From an uncultured Planctomycetia bacterium (GTDB lineage Bacteria > Omnitrophota > Gorgyraeia > VGKH01 > JBHPFN01), in NCBI GenBank assembly GCA_964406665.1, contig CAYOSQ010000007.1, positions 11,364 to 75,363 on the forward strand: a DNA stretch of 64,000 bases. Direction: 5' to 3'. The translations under genes were made by a program, and so were the position numbers. This document shows positions 9,555 to 18,429 of this stretch, in pieces (positions within the stretch are counted from its first letter, which is position 1; each line of letters opens with the position of its first letter). The notes under the pieces were generated by a model. It saw nothing but the letters and a program-made list of their open reading frames with translations, searched no databases and was not told the DNA's origin.

Positions 9555-12019
9555 ATAAGCTCCAAAAAATCACTGCTGATTTTCTTTGCAGCTATATTAA
9601 ATTCAAAAAGTTCCTCAAATGTAGCACGACCATTTTCGGCCAAGACTTCCTGCAATTCTTTATTATGCAATAATTCAATAATACTTTCCCCTATTTCTTC
9701 TGGATTACTTGCAGTCAATGCGTTTTTTCTATGTACCATATCTGGCATTCCCAAAGTATTAGCACTATGTGTTACCACAGGGCAGCCTAAGGACCATGCC
9801 GTAACAATACGCGTCCTATTGCCCAAAGGTATAGGATTTGGCACAAACATCAAATCCGCTGATTGCATATCATCCTTTATAGGATTAACCTGCCCCCTTA
9901 AAATTATATCTTTGCGCTGAGCGCATATTTCTTTGAGACAGGGTTCTGTATTAAAAGTGTGTCCAAGAAAATGTACTTCGAACCTGTCTCTCCCTAAATG
10001 TTTATCCAAAAAAGGCAATATAACGCGCACAAAATCATGAATACCCGGGCGATTAGCTGTGCCTCCGGTATTGCCGACATGAATCAATTTGTATTTTCGA
10101 TTAACAGAGTTCTTTTTCTTTCTCTGGTCTCGCCAAGTCCCCCCAGCTAAATCAGCTACCGGACCACGATAATACTTACAGCCTCGACCATCCACACGAC
10201 CAAACCATTCTGCATGATGCTTAGCTATTGCTCCTCGCCTAGCCGTTCTTCTAATCATACACTTCAATCTTCTATTTATCGTAAAATTGTAAACAGCAGT
10301 AATAAGCGCACTTCTTATATTTCTGATTAAACTTTTATTTGGTAAATTAAACCGCCAAGAATACCAGCGTACCAGATGATACGGATCTCCAAAAAAAGCA
10401 AAGATAGGAATATTATCGATATTCTTTAGCGACAATAATCCATCATAACTGCATGCAAAAATTGCTTCTGGGCCCAAGTTTTGAATAAGTTCTTTTACCT
10501 GATCAGACACCAAAAAATAAGGAACCAGTTTATCAAGAATATTTCGAGGCTTGTTATTAGGAAAAATTAAATGAACCTTAGCACCCTGAGATTCTAGGTT
10601 GACAACCAGTTCTTTAATATTTGTTTTAAACTCATCAGAAACAATGCAGCAGATATCAGGTTTTAAGCCTAGACTCAAGAAACCCTTAACAACTTCATAC
10701 GTGGTTATAGAGAAACCCCCAAAGCTCGGATTGGGAATGAAATCTGTCACTACACAAAACGACGTCTTCTTACTTTGATTATTATGCTCAGATGAAGGAA
10801 AAGATTTTTCTTCAAACAAAGAATCGACAATAATTGGGATATTTATTTGTGGGTTAAAGTACTTAATCCATGCTTTTCTACTATTTTCACCAATATTTTT
10901 CATGCATTGAGGATTACCTTTCACTGTTTTTAATCTTACAGATATCTCTTCAGGAGAATCAGAATACATAATATCCCTCTCTGGTACGAGTTCTGGAAGA
11001 CCGCCAGCAACCGAGCTATCTGCAATAACAGGTATTCCATACGATAGTGCTGTTATAATTCTAGTCCTGACCCCAACAGAATATTTCAAAAGCGATAGAA
11101 AAATATCTGCGTTTAAAAACTCTGACTCCAAAGTATCAAGATGCCCAAGAAACTTTAAATCAATATTACTCCATTTTGATTTAACCATGTGCTTCTTCTC
11201 GCATTTTCCTACAAATCGTACTTCAAACTCATAAGGCAGCCGAGATATTACTGGAAAAACTTCTTTATATAAATAATTGAGTGCTTTTCTTCCTGCTGTG
11301 GAATAAAGAGAACCCACGTGTAATGCTATTATTTTATTATCTAAAGAGCCATCTCTATAAGCGGTTTTTGCCTTTACTGGCTCTGGTGTAAAAAATCTAT
11401 AATGACGGCATGGAATCCCATAATTTTGCAACTCCTCGGATTGGTGTAAAGGAAAACTTCCTATTGCGAATCTTTCCCCATTGAAAATACTTAACTCCTT
11501 TTTAAGACGATTATTAACGTTTTTTAAACTCTCTTTACAAATCCACCCCTTCCATGAGCTTGGCTTTAGGAATGAATACGAGCCTCCCAAGGCCATCCTG
11601 TGTTGCAAAGGATCACCTAACATACATACCCGTGGAACCTTTAGTTCAGTTAAAGCTAATGCCCAACCTGCATCCAGCGACAAACAACCGTCTACTTGCT
11701 GCAATTCAAGACAATTTTCCTCTATTGACTGCTTACAGACTTCAAATTGATGAGCTTCTAGAAAATATCGCCATCCAAATATTAATCTTTTTTGCTTGTG
11801 TTCATATACAAAGTGATACTTTAACCCCTTCTCTTCCAAGTTACGCAAGTATTGTAAATCGCTGTGCTTATCTAAGAAATCTTCATTGACTCTAAAAAAA
11901 GCACTAACTTCATAATCATTTCTTACCAAATAGTCACAGGCAAGATAATTAAAAATGCCAGAGCCTCCCTGGGTAGGATCTGGTACTCCTGTTGAAAAGA
12001 ATGCTATCTTTTTTTTCAT
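9551..12019 (-). CDS. Tandem two-domain GT4 glycosyltransferase (WbdA-like architecture)
   Basis: 822 aa. The N-terminal half starts MKKKIAFFSTGVPDPTQGGSGIFNY (GT4 N-domain). The second half restarts with SFCVVTDFIPNPSFGGFSITTYEVVKG (a second GT-B unit). Confidence 0.7.
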   Translation of the reverse strand: MKKKIAFFSTGVPDPTQGGSGIFNYLACDYLVRNDYEVSAFFRVNEDFLDKHSDLQYLRNLEEKGLKYHFVYEHKQKRLIFGWRYFLEAHQFEVCKQSIEENCLELQQVDGCLSLDAGWALALTELKVPRVCMLGDPLQHRMALGGSYSFLKPSSWKGWICKESLKNVNNRLKKELSIFNGERFAIGSFPLHQSEELQNYGIPCRHYRFFTPEPVKAKTAYRDGSLDNKIIALHVGSLYSTAGRKALNYLYKEVFPVISRLPYEFEVRFVGKCEKKHMVKSKWSNIDLKFLGHLDTLESEFLNADIFLSLLKYSVGVRTRIITALSYGIPVIADSSVAGGLPELVPERDIMYSDSPEEISVRLKTVKGNPQCMKNIGENSRKAWIKYFNPQINIPIIVDSLFEEKSFPSSEHNNQSKKTSFCVVTDFIPNPSFGGFSITTYEVVKGFLSLGLKPDICCIVSDEFKTNIKELVVNLESQGAKVHLIFPNNKPRNILDKLVPYFLVSDQVKELIQNLGPEAIFACSYDGLLSLKNIDNIPIFAFFGDPYHLVRWYSWRFNLPNKSLIRNIRSALITAVYNFTINRRLKCMIRRTARRGAIAKHHAEWFGRVDGRGCKYYRGPVADLAGGTWRDQRKKKNSVNRKYKLIHVGNTGGTANRPGIHDFVRVILPFLDKHLGRDRFEVHFLGHTFNTEPCLKEICAQRKDIILRGQVNPIKDDMQSADLMFVPNPIPLGNRTRIVTAWSLGCPVVTHSANTLGMPDMVHRKNALTASNPEEIGESIIELLHNKELQEVLAENGRATFEELFEFNIAAKKISSDFLELM

Positions 12020-12021
12020 TT

Positions 12022-12585
12022 TTAATAATGATCCGGTGGATATAGATGTTTAACACATTCAACGTTTAAACTCATATAAACACCATTGTCAAAATCCTTG
12101 TGCGGCCAATATGCTTTAGAGAAATCATCAACATTTGCATGTTCGGTTTTTCTCCAATCATATTCCACCACGCGCTTAAACCCTGCCTCTATTAAAAGAG
12201 TTTTAAGTCCAGAAAATGCAAACTGCCTGTAGTGGATATTCGTATCGGTCTCTGATCCCCCGTATATCCAGTTTAAAAGATTTTCATAGTCACCTGATCT
12301 TTTATAAACCTCAACAGTGCCTTCCCAATCAGGAACAGCCATTCTTAACACCCCTCCTGGTTTTAATACGCGGTTCCATTCAAGGAGAGTTTTAAATGTC
12401 TTTGGTCTTGGCAAATGCTCTAAAACATGGCAGGCATATATCAGATCCACTGAGTCTTTTTCAAAAGAATCCAGCTTAGAGATATCGCACTTTATGATAT
12501 CAGCACCGGGGACATCTCTAATATCAATATTAGTAAATCCTTTTAGAATCTTATCCCCACAACCTAAATGCAGTTTTTTTGCCAT
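12022..12585 (-). CDS. Class I SAM-dependent methyltransferase (Methyltransf_11/23-like)
   Basis: Motif I LHLGCGDKILKGFTNIDI, an acidic loop, and motif post-I LKPGGVL. Confidence 0.75.
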   Translation of the reverse strand: MAKKLHLGCGDKILKGFTNIDIRDVPGADIIKCDISKLDSFEKDSVDLIYACHVLEHLPRPKTFKTLLEWNRVLKPGGVLRMAVPDWEGTVEVYKRSGDYENLLNWIYGGSETDTNIHYRQFAFSGLKTLLIEAGFKRVVEYDWRKTEHANVDDFSKAYWPHKDFDNGVYMSLNVECVKHLYPPDHY

Positions 12586-12597
12586 TGCTTTCTCCTT

Positions 12598-13710
12598 CTA
12601 TAATTTTTTGAAAACATCTCTCCATATTTTTAAACCATTAACAACGTTGTCAAAAAGCTTGTGGTCTTTTTTAAATTCTTTGCATACTTTCTTTATTTCA
12701 TTAGGAAACTGTTCAGAAATTTCAGAAAAAACTGACTTATAGTTATTCGATGTCATCTTGCAAAAGCTAAGCGCTTTTAAAAAAACATCCGTATGTTCTA
12801 AACCAAATCTCTCATCATCAAAATCTTTAAAATAATTATGAGGATTTCTATCTTGATTTACCAAAGGAGATCCATAAGTAACATAGTCACCAAGAAAGTC
12901 AGAAATGTGCCGCACTACAAAACTTGCCCAGATGTCATCATAGCGCCCTAGATAAGGAAGTAAAAAGTATGCTGGAATTATATCGCGCGATAATGCTGTA
13001 TTCTGAGAATTAAAAGGAGACCATGTGCCAATATCGCAGGCAATTTTATGCTGAAAGTTGTTGCTTTTTTTCGCATCATCAATGGGAAAATTCAAATTAG
13101 TAATTGCATCTACATCAGGCGCACCAAACCAAAGACCGGCATTTACTACAACACGTCCTTCTCGAGAAACAATCGACCTATTGGCAAAGGTTGCTTCAGT
13201 ACGTTTCGATAAAGGAAAACCCCTATGGAAAAAAGGCATTTTAAATTTTCCTGATTCTAACATTTCACATACATTCCACCAACCAGAAGAATTAGAAACA
13301 GCTTGCAGTTTTTGTGCTTCCCCGATATGGCCGTGCAAACCCAGATAGTCAGGTTGATTCAAAAAATTATCATCGTCAATTATTGCAACTATATCCGAAC
13401 CAGATTCATAAGCCATCAATATGGCGATGTTACGGCGCTGCACACAATTCCAGGGAATAAATTTAGCTAGACTTGGCCATCTTTTTAAATAATCCTCCTG
13501 CTCTTGAGGAGAAACAAGCTTACACTCAATATCAAATTTTTTCTCAAGCCCTTTACAAAATGAATAAGCCTCATCAGGTGTTTTTTTATCAGCAGCGATA
13601 ATTACATTTTGAAGATTTCTCTTAAATTTAATTGCATCTTTTATGTACGACTCAAAAAGTAGCGGAACATTTATGGTTGTCGTAACAAGGCTAAACGTTT
13701 TACCTTTCAC
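12598..13710 (-). CDS. Reversibly-glycosylated-polypeptide (RGP / UDP-arabinopyranose mutase, GT75) family homologue
   Basis: Collinear motif matches to plant RGP1 (cited from memory; sequence shown first, RGP1 second). IVAIIDDDNF matches IFTIDDDCF. HRGFPLSKRTEA matches RGYPFSLREGV. AGLWFGAPDVDA matches HGLWLNIPDYDA. GRYDDIWASFVVRHISDFLG matches [20 protein letters not shown]. Confidence 0.6.
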   Translation of the reverse strand: MKGKTFSLVTTTINVPLLFESYIKDAIKFKRNLQNVIIAADKKTPDEAYSFCKGLEKKFDIECKLVSPQEQEDYLKRWPSLAKFIPWNCVQRRNIAILMAYESGSDIVAIIDDDNFLNQPDYLGLHGHIGEAQKLQAVSNSSGWWNVCEMLESGKFKMPFFHRGFPLSKRTEATFANRSIVSREGRVVVNAGLWFGAPDVDAITNLNFPIDDAKKSNNFQHKIACDIGTWSPFNSQNTALSRDIIPAYFLLPYLGRYDDIWASFVVRHISDFLGDYVTYGSPLVNQDRNPHNYFKDFDDERFGLEHTDVFLKALSFCKMTSNNYKSVFSEISEQFPNEIKKVCKEFKKDHKLFDNVVNGLKIWRDVFKKL

Positions 13711-13722
13711 TAAGCATTCCTT

Positions 13723-14487
13723 TCATTTTCTTACAAAATGAACTAATGACGCTATTTGCGCCACCTTATGCACACAGTCAGTATCTTCTAATTCTCTCAT
13801 AAGTCTTCTAATATCATCATGACCAGTAGAATCAACGCGCGCATCAGCAGCATCATGAAACAAAACATGTCCTCCGGGCTTTACTGAAGAAATCCAGTGC
13901 TCGTAATCTTTCTTCACTCCTTCATATGAATGGTCTCCGTCAATAAACAATAAATCGCAACTAATCTTGCTATTATCGTAAGATGTGCTGTCAGCTACAA
14001 TAATCTCTACTTTTTCTCTCATGCCAATTTTCTTTAGAATTTCCTCAAATTCTTCATCATAACTTTTCTCCACCTCTTTTAACATCATCTTCACATGAAG
14101 ATCTAAAGAAATAAGCCTCCCTCTCTGCATTGCTGAGGCGATTAGGAATGACGAACCACCTTTAAAACGACCTATCTCAACACAGGTAGGTGCAGATAAT
14201 GATCTTACCAACTTAAATAGATAACTGGCTTCATCTAAATCCATTCTCAATATTCCCCGATTAAGAGGTGAGGACCAAAACAAAAAACATAGATCTTCAA
14301 ATCCTTTTATTTTCTCAGGAACTTTAATATTCGAAAATCTCACTGCAAGATTATGTTCTCTGCCGAGTGCTTCCATGCATTCATATTTAAATTGGGGAGC
14401 TATCCACGCAAAGACCTTTCTCCCAACTGGATTCAAAAATAATTTCTTTATTGTGTTTTTTATGAATTGCTTCATCTTTTTAGTCAA
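13723..14487 (-). CDS. SAM-dependent O-methyltransferase (TylF/MycF, Methyltransf_24-like)
   Basis: CVEIGRFKGGSSF ... FIDGDHSYEGVKKDYEHW...GGHVLFHDA, the typical TylF/CmcI-type fold signature. Confidence 0.65.
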   Translation of the reverse strand: MTKKMKQFIKNTIKKLFLNPVGRKVFAWIAPQFKYECMEALGREHNLAVRFSNIKVPEKIKGFEDLCFLFWSSPLNRGILRMDLDEASYLFKLVRSLSAPTCVEIGRFKGGSSFLIASAMQRGRLISLDLHVKMMLKEVEKSYDEEFEEILKKIGMREKVEIIVADSTSYDNSKISCDLLFIDGDHSYEGVKKDYEHWISSVKPGGHVLFHDAADARVDSTGHDDIRRLMRELEDTDCVHKVAQIASLVHFVRK

Positions 14488-15185
14488 ATCTTCAAAAAAT
14501 ACTCAGCCATTCTTATGTCTTCTTCCGAATCAATATCAACACTTTCACTTTTCTCCATCAGATATGGAACAATTGAATCACCGTACATGCTTTTTTTGTT
14601 TAAGATGCAATCATACGTAAAAACTAAAACAGCAGGCCCATTTCTAGCAAAGAGTTTCGGTTTATTTTGGCGTAGATTTTCTTTCTCATCAATATCTTTA
14701 ACTGTATAAAGCTTATCATCTTCAACTCTCATCAAGCTATCAGGAACATAGTTATGAGGCACCTCGACAACACTTACAACAGAATCAGCGCCTGAATTTA
14801 TTAACTTCTCTAGCGCCTCACTAATATGCTCAGCTTTTCTAAGTGGAGATGTAGGCTGAAGCAATGCAACATAATCAGGCTGATAATTCTCATTTTCTTT
14901 TAAAAAATTAATAGCGTGTTGCACAACATCAATCATGGGAGCATTATCATCTGAATATTCCCCCGGGCGCTTAAACGGTACATCGATTCCCCGATTCTGG
15001 CAATAGTTAATGATCTTATCGTCATCACTTGAAAGAATGATCTTTGAAAGTATTTTGCTGGACTTTGCAGCATCTATAGTGAATTGAATTAGTGGTTTCC
15101 CGCATAATTCAATCATATTTTTTCCAGGAATACCCTTAGACCCTCCGCGCGCTGGGATAATTGCTAAAATTTCTTTATTTTTCAT
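14484..15185 (-). CDS. neuA: Acylneuraminate (nonulosonate) cytidylyltransferase, CMP-NeuAc synthetase family
   Basis: ILAIIPARGGSKGIPGKN is the P-loop-like CTP site of NeuA/KdsB-type enzymes. Overlaps neuC by 1 nt. Confidence 0.85.
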   Translation of the reverse strand: MKNKEILAIIPARGGSKGIPGKNMIELCGKPLIQFTIDAAKSSKILSKIILSSDDDKIINYCQNRGIDVPFKRPGEYSDDNAPMIDVVQHAINFLKENENYQPDYVALLQPTSPLRKAEHISEALEKLINSGADSVVSVVEVPHNYVPDSLMRVEDDKLYTVKDIDEKENLRQNKPKLFARNGPAVLVFTYDCILNKKSMYGDSIVPYLMEKSESVDIDSEEDIRMAEYFLKI

Positions 15186-16369
15186 CAGTATCTTATCCTT
15201 TTCTGTACAGGAACTTTTGATAAATTCAACTTCTTTAATATTGCAACAATTCTTTTACCTGCACTTCCATCTCCATAGATAAAATCAGGTTTATATTTGC
15301 CATGATTAATCTGTTTTTTTATAGCATCAACAATTTGTTTCTTGTTGTATTTAACATTCTTGACGTTTTTTCCTCTTGATCGACCTTGCTGCCTACTTCC
15401 AATATTAACAGCTGGAACACCAATAATAGCTCCTTCCCTAATAGCGCTGCTAGAATTACCTATAAGACAACTACATTTATCCATCAAATGAATATATACT
15501 TCTGTAGGCAAATTTGTAAACACATGAAGCCAACTGTCAGGCTTGAATTTTTCTCTAAATGATCTAATCTCCTTTGAAGTCTCATCAGAACCTGCATCAG
15601 CGTTTGGCCACAACATGATCGTAGGCATGTTTAAATCTTTCAATGCCATCAAAGTCTCATGCATGTTCTTTCTATTGTCGCCATATTCTGTAGTTACTGG
15701 ATGCTGTGAAACCAAAAGAAACTTCTCCTCTAGAAACCTGAAGTTACCGCCGACACCTTTATGCTTCTTCCAAAATTCTTTTTCTGAAAAGCTTCTTTTT
15801 TTGCTTAAAATATCCTTAACTAAATCAACTCGGGGACACCCAACAGGAAAAACATATTTTTTATCTTCACCCATCTTAATAATTCTTTCTGCAGCTTTTT
15901 TGTTTGCAGGAAAATGTATGTGTGAAAATTTTGTCACAGCATGACGAATACTTTCATCAATTGTTCCAGAAACCTCTCCACCCATTGTGTGAACAATGTG
16001 GATATTCATATATGACGCTGCGACTGCAGTAGCAATAGTTTCAAACCTATCTCCAACAGTAATAACCAAATCGGGTTTATGATTCATGAAAAGTCCCGAC
16101 AACTCAATAATACCTAAACCAGCAGACATGGCCATGGTTTGAGGATTCTCTCCTTCAACAAGAATGTAAAATTTCTCGGTTATCTTGAAGCCGTCTTTTT
16201 CGATTAGATTAACCATCCTGCCATATCTTTCAAGCAAAGCAGAGGCGCCAACGAATATTAACAGCTCAAGATTAGGGCTTTTACGAATTTCTTCCATCAC
16301 AGATTTAATACTTGAATAGTTTGCTCTACTACCGATAACAACAGCTATTTTTTTTCGTTTCTTTCTCAT
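15185..16369 (-). CDS. neuC: UDP-N-acetylglucosamine 2-epimerase, hydrolysing type (NeuC/LegG-like)
   Basis: KIAVVIGSRANYSSIKSVMEEIRK...LELLIFVGASALLERYG ... HTMGGEVSG... is collinear with NeuC. Confidence 0.8.
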   Translation of the reverse strand: MRKKRKKIAVVIGSRANYSSIKSVMEEIRKSPNLELLIFVGASALLERYGRMVNLIEKDGFKITEKFYILVEGENPQTMAMSAGLGIIELSGLFMNHKPDLVITVGDRFETIATAVAASYMNIHIVHTMGGEVSGTIDESIRHAVTKFSHIHFPANKKAAERIIKMGEDKKYVFPVGCPRVDLVKDILSKKRSFSEKEFWKKHKGVGGNFRFLEEKFLLVSQHPVTTEYGDNRKNMHETLMALKDLNMPTIMLWPNADAGSDETSKEIRSFREKFKPDSWLHVFTNLPTEVYIHLMDKCSCLIGNSSSAIREGAIIGVPAVNIGSRQQGRSRGKNVKNVKYNKKQIVDAIKKQINHGKYKPDFIYGDGSAGKRIVAILKKLNLSKVPVQKRIRY

Positions 16370-16381
16370 TTATTATCAAGC

Positions 16382-17392
16382 TCACTTTCTTTCGATAATA
16401 TTCTCTTGTCGGTATGTTTCGATAATTTCAAATCTGGGCTCCTTAATATTTTCCACCTTCTTAAAAACACACCATACGTTCCAATCAGGATCAATAGATT
16501 GCGTCACGCACGATTCTATTCGCTGAAAAAAACCAACGAATTTTCTGAATTGATTAAAACCTCTTTCGCCTAAAAGTACCTGCAGACGATTTTTTATTGA
16601 AGACTTTCTTTGCTGAATAACTTCTTGATTAATCTGACTCGCATCACTTTTTTTTCGCTTTTTTTTAGAGAGAACTAAATTGACAATGTTTTGTTTTCCT
16701 AAAGTAATGCGGAGCAAAGCAGTGACAATGAACTTACGAAAATGATAGAACAAAAAGAATCGAAAAGGAATGATAGCGCCGATCCAGGTTACCTTATATT
16801 TTGTAGGTACGTAAGGAATAGCATGGCCCCTTTTATTCTGCATAATCGCTTTCTCTAAGACAAAACCATTAGCCCTGTAGAAATCGATTAAGAAATTGGG
16901 CGATGGATTTAAATAAAACCTGTTCGTCATATCTCCCAACACTGAAACAACCATAATTTTTCCGCCAATTTTAACCATGCTGGCAGTGTTGAAAAATGCC
17001 TGGATTGCATTCATGGCATAATGCGCTGATACATTAAGCATGAAATCATATTTATTCTCTAGTTCACTAGGAATAGGATAATTTAAATTGAATAAAACGT
17101 CTGCTCGTTTATTTATATCAAGCTCTTCATAAATCTTATACCCATAATGTTGAAACAATTTTGCGCAAAGTCGCTTGCTTGATCTATTTCTCTCTTCTCC
17201 AATTGCAGAATAGTGATTTTTTAGATCATCATCTTTAATGGTATTAATACCGTATTTTTTCAAACAGTTTTTCGTAACATGAAAATCCATAGTTCCAATA
17301 GTCAAAAACTTAAGATCTCTACCTGCAATCTCAGGCCTTATACTGCCTTCTAGTACATTAAAAGCATTAACTAAAGAATTTGCAACACCCAT
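16382..17392 (-). CDS. Hypothetical protein (possibly a Rossmann-like modifying enzyme)
   Basis: 336-aa ORF tightly packed between neuC and neuB. No confident motif. Confidence 0.45.
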   Translation of the reverse strand: MGVANSLVNAFNVLEGSIRPEIAGRDLKFLTIGTMDFHVTKNCLKKYGINTIKDDDLKNHYSAIGEERNRSSKRLCAKLFQHYGYKIYEELDINKRADVLFNLNYPIPSELENKYDFMLNVSAHYAMNAIQAFFNTASMVKIGGKIMVVSVLGDMTNRFYLNPSPNFLIDFYRANGFVLEKAIMQNKRGHAIPYVPTKYKVTWIGAIIPFRFFLFYHFRKFIVTALLRITLGKQNIVNLVLSKKKRKKSDASQINQEVIQQRKSSIKNRLQVLLGERGFNQFRKFVGFFQRIESCVTQSIDPDWNVWCVFKKVENIKEPRFEIIETYRQENIIERK

Positions 17393-17394
17393 AA

Positions 17395-18429
17395 TTACAC
17401 CTTTTTAACCAACATACTGTCTTTAATCTTTGTATTAGCCGAAATATCTATTTTTGTCTCTCTTCCGATAATTTCCCTATATCTATCAGCTCGTATACCA
17501 TCACCGGGCTTTTTGAAAGCCAACTTATCAAAAGTAATTTCCTCGCCTTTTGGAATATCCTGCTTAGCAACAATGCTTTTCTCAAAAACGACCTTAATTC
17601 CTTTTAACTCTTCAACAAGCTGATCTTTATTCACATTTAAGAAATTTTTATCATCAACAACTCCTAAAGCACCATCTTTGACTTCTTCTACAAATTTACT
17701 GAATTCATCAGGAAGCAATGAATGCTTTGCATCAGAACCCTGCAAATTCTGTGATAAAGTAAGGTGCCGCTCAATAACTTCAGCCCCTGAAGTAATTGCT
17801 GCAAATGAGGCATCGTTTTTGAGCGTGTGATCAGAAAACCCAACTCGACAACCATATCGCTGCTTCATTTCAGGCATTATGTTTATCCCAACCTTATTTT
17901 CTGGGCACGGATACAGCGAGGTACACTGCATTACTGTTAAATCTACACATCCGCTGCTTCGTAATGTTTCTACAGCATTATCTATCTCTTTCCATGAGCT
18001 CATTCCGGATGAAAGTAAAACAGGCTTCCCTAATGGGCCGATTTTCTCCAACAATGGTAAATTTGTAACTTCTCCTGATGGTATTTTATATCTCTCAACC
18101 CCAACATCTTCTAATAAATCAACGGCTTCAAGAGAAAAAACTGACGACATAAATTCAATATTGCGCTTCTGTGAATACTCCCTTAGCTCTTTCCATTCTT
18201 CTGCTGTAAAAGCTGTCCGCTCAAGATAATTTTTACGGCTTTCCTGTGCATAAAAACTTGGCGTAGGAGCATCGGGTAAACTTTCAGCATCAAAAATATG
18301 TGTTTGAAACTTAACCGCATCTGCTCCACACTCAGCAGCAGTTTTTACAAAATCTTTGGCTGACTCTACTGAACCATTATGTAGATTACCAACCTCAGCA
18401 ATTATAAAGATACTATTTTTCTCAGCCAT
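17395..18429 (-). CDS. neuB: N-acetylneuraminate (nonulosonate) synthase
   Basis: IFIIAEVGNLHNGSVESAKDFVKTAAECGADAVKFQTH is the NeuB TIM-barrel signature. The C-terminal SAF-like domain ...KQDIPKGEEITFDKLAFKKPG... is present. Confidence 0.9.
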   Translation of the reverse strand: MAEKNSIFIIAEVGNLHNGSVESAKDFVKTAAECGADAVKFQTHIFDAESLPDAPTPSFYAQESRKNYLERTAFTAEEWKELREYSQKRNIEFMSSVFSLEAVDLLEDVGVERYKIPSGEVTNLPLLEKIGPLGKPVLLSSGMSSWKEIDNAVETLRSSGCVDLTVMQCTSLYPCPENKVGINIMPEMKQRYGCRVGFSDHTLKNDASFAAITSGAEVIERHLTLSQNLQGSDAKHSLLPDEFSKFVEEVKDGALGVVDDKNFLNVNKDQLVEELKGIKVVFEKSIVAKQDIPKGEEITFDKLAFKKPGDGIRADRYREIIGRETKIDISANTKIKDSMLVKKV

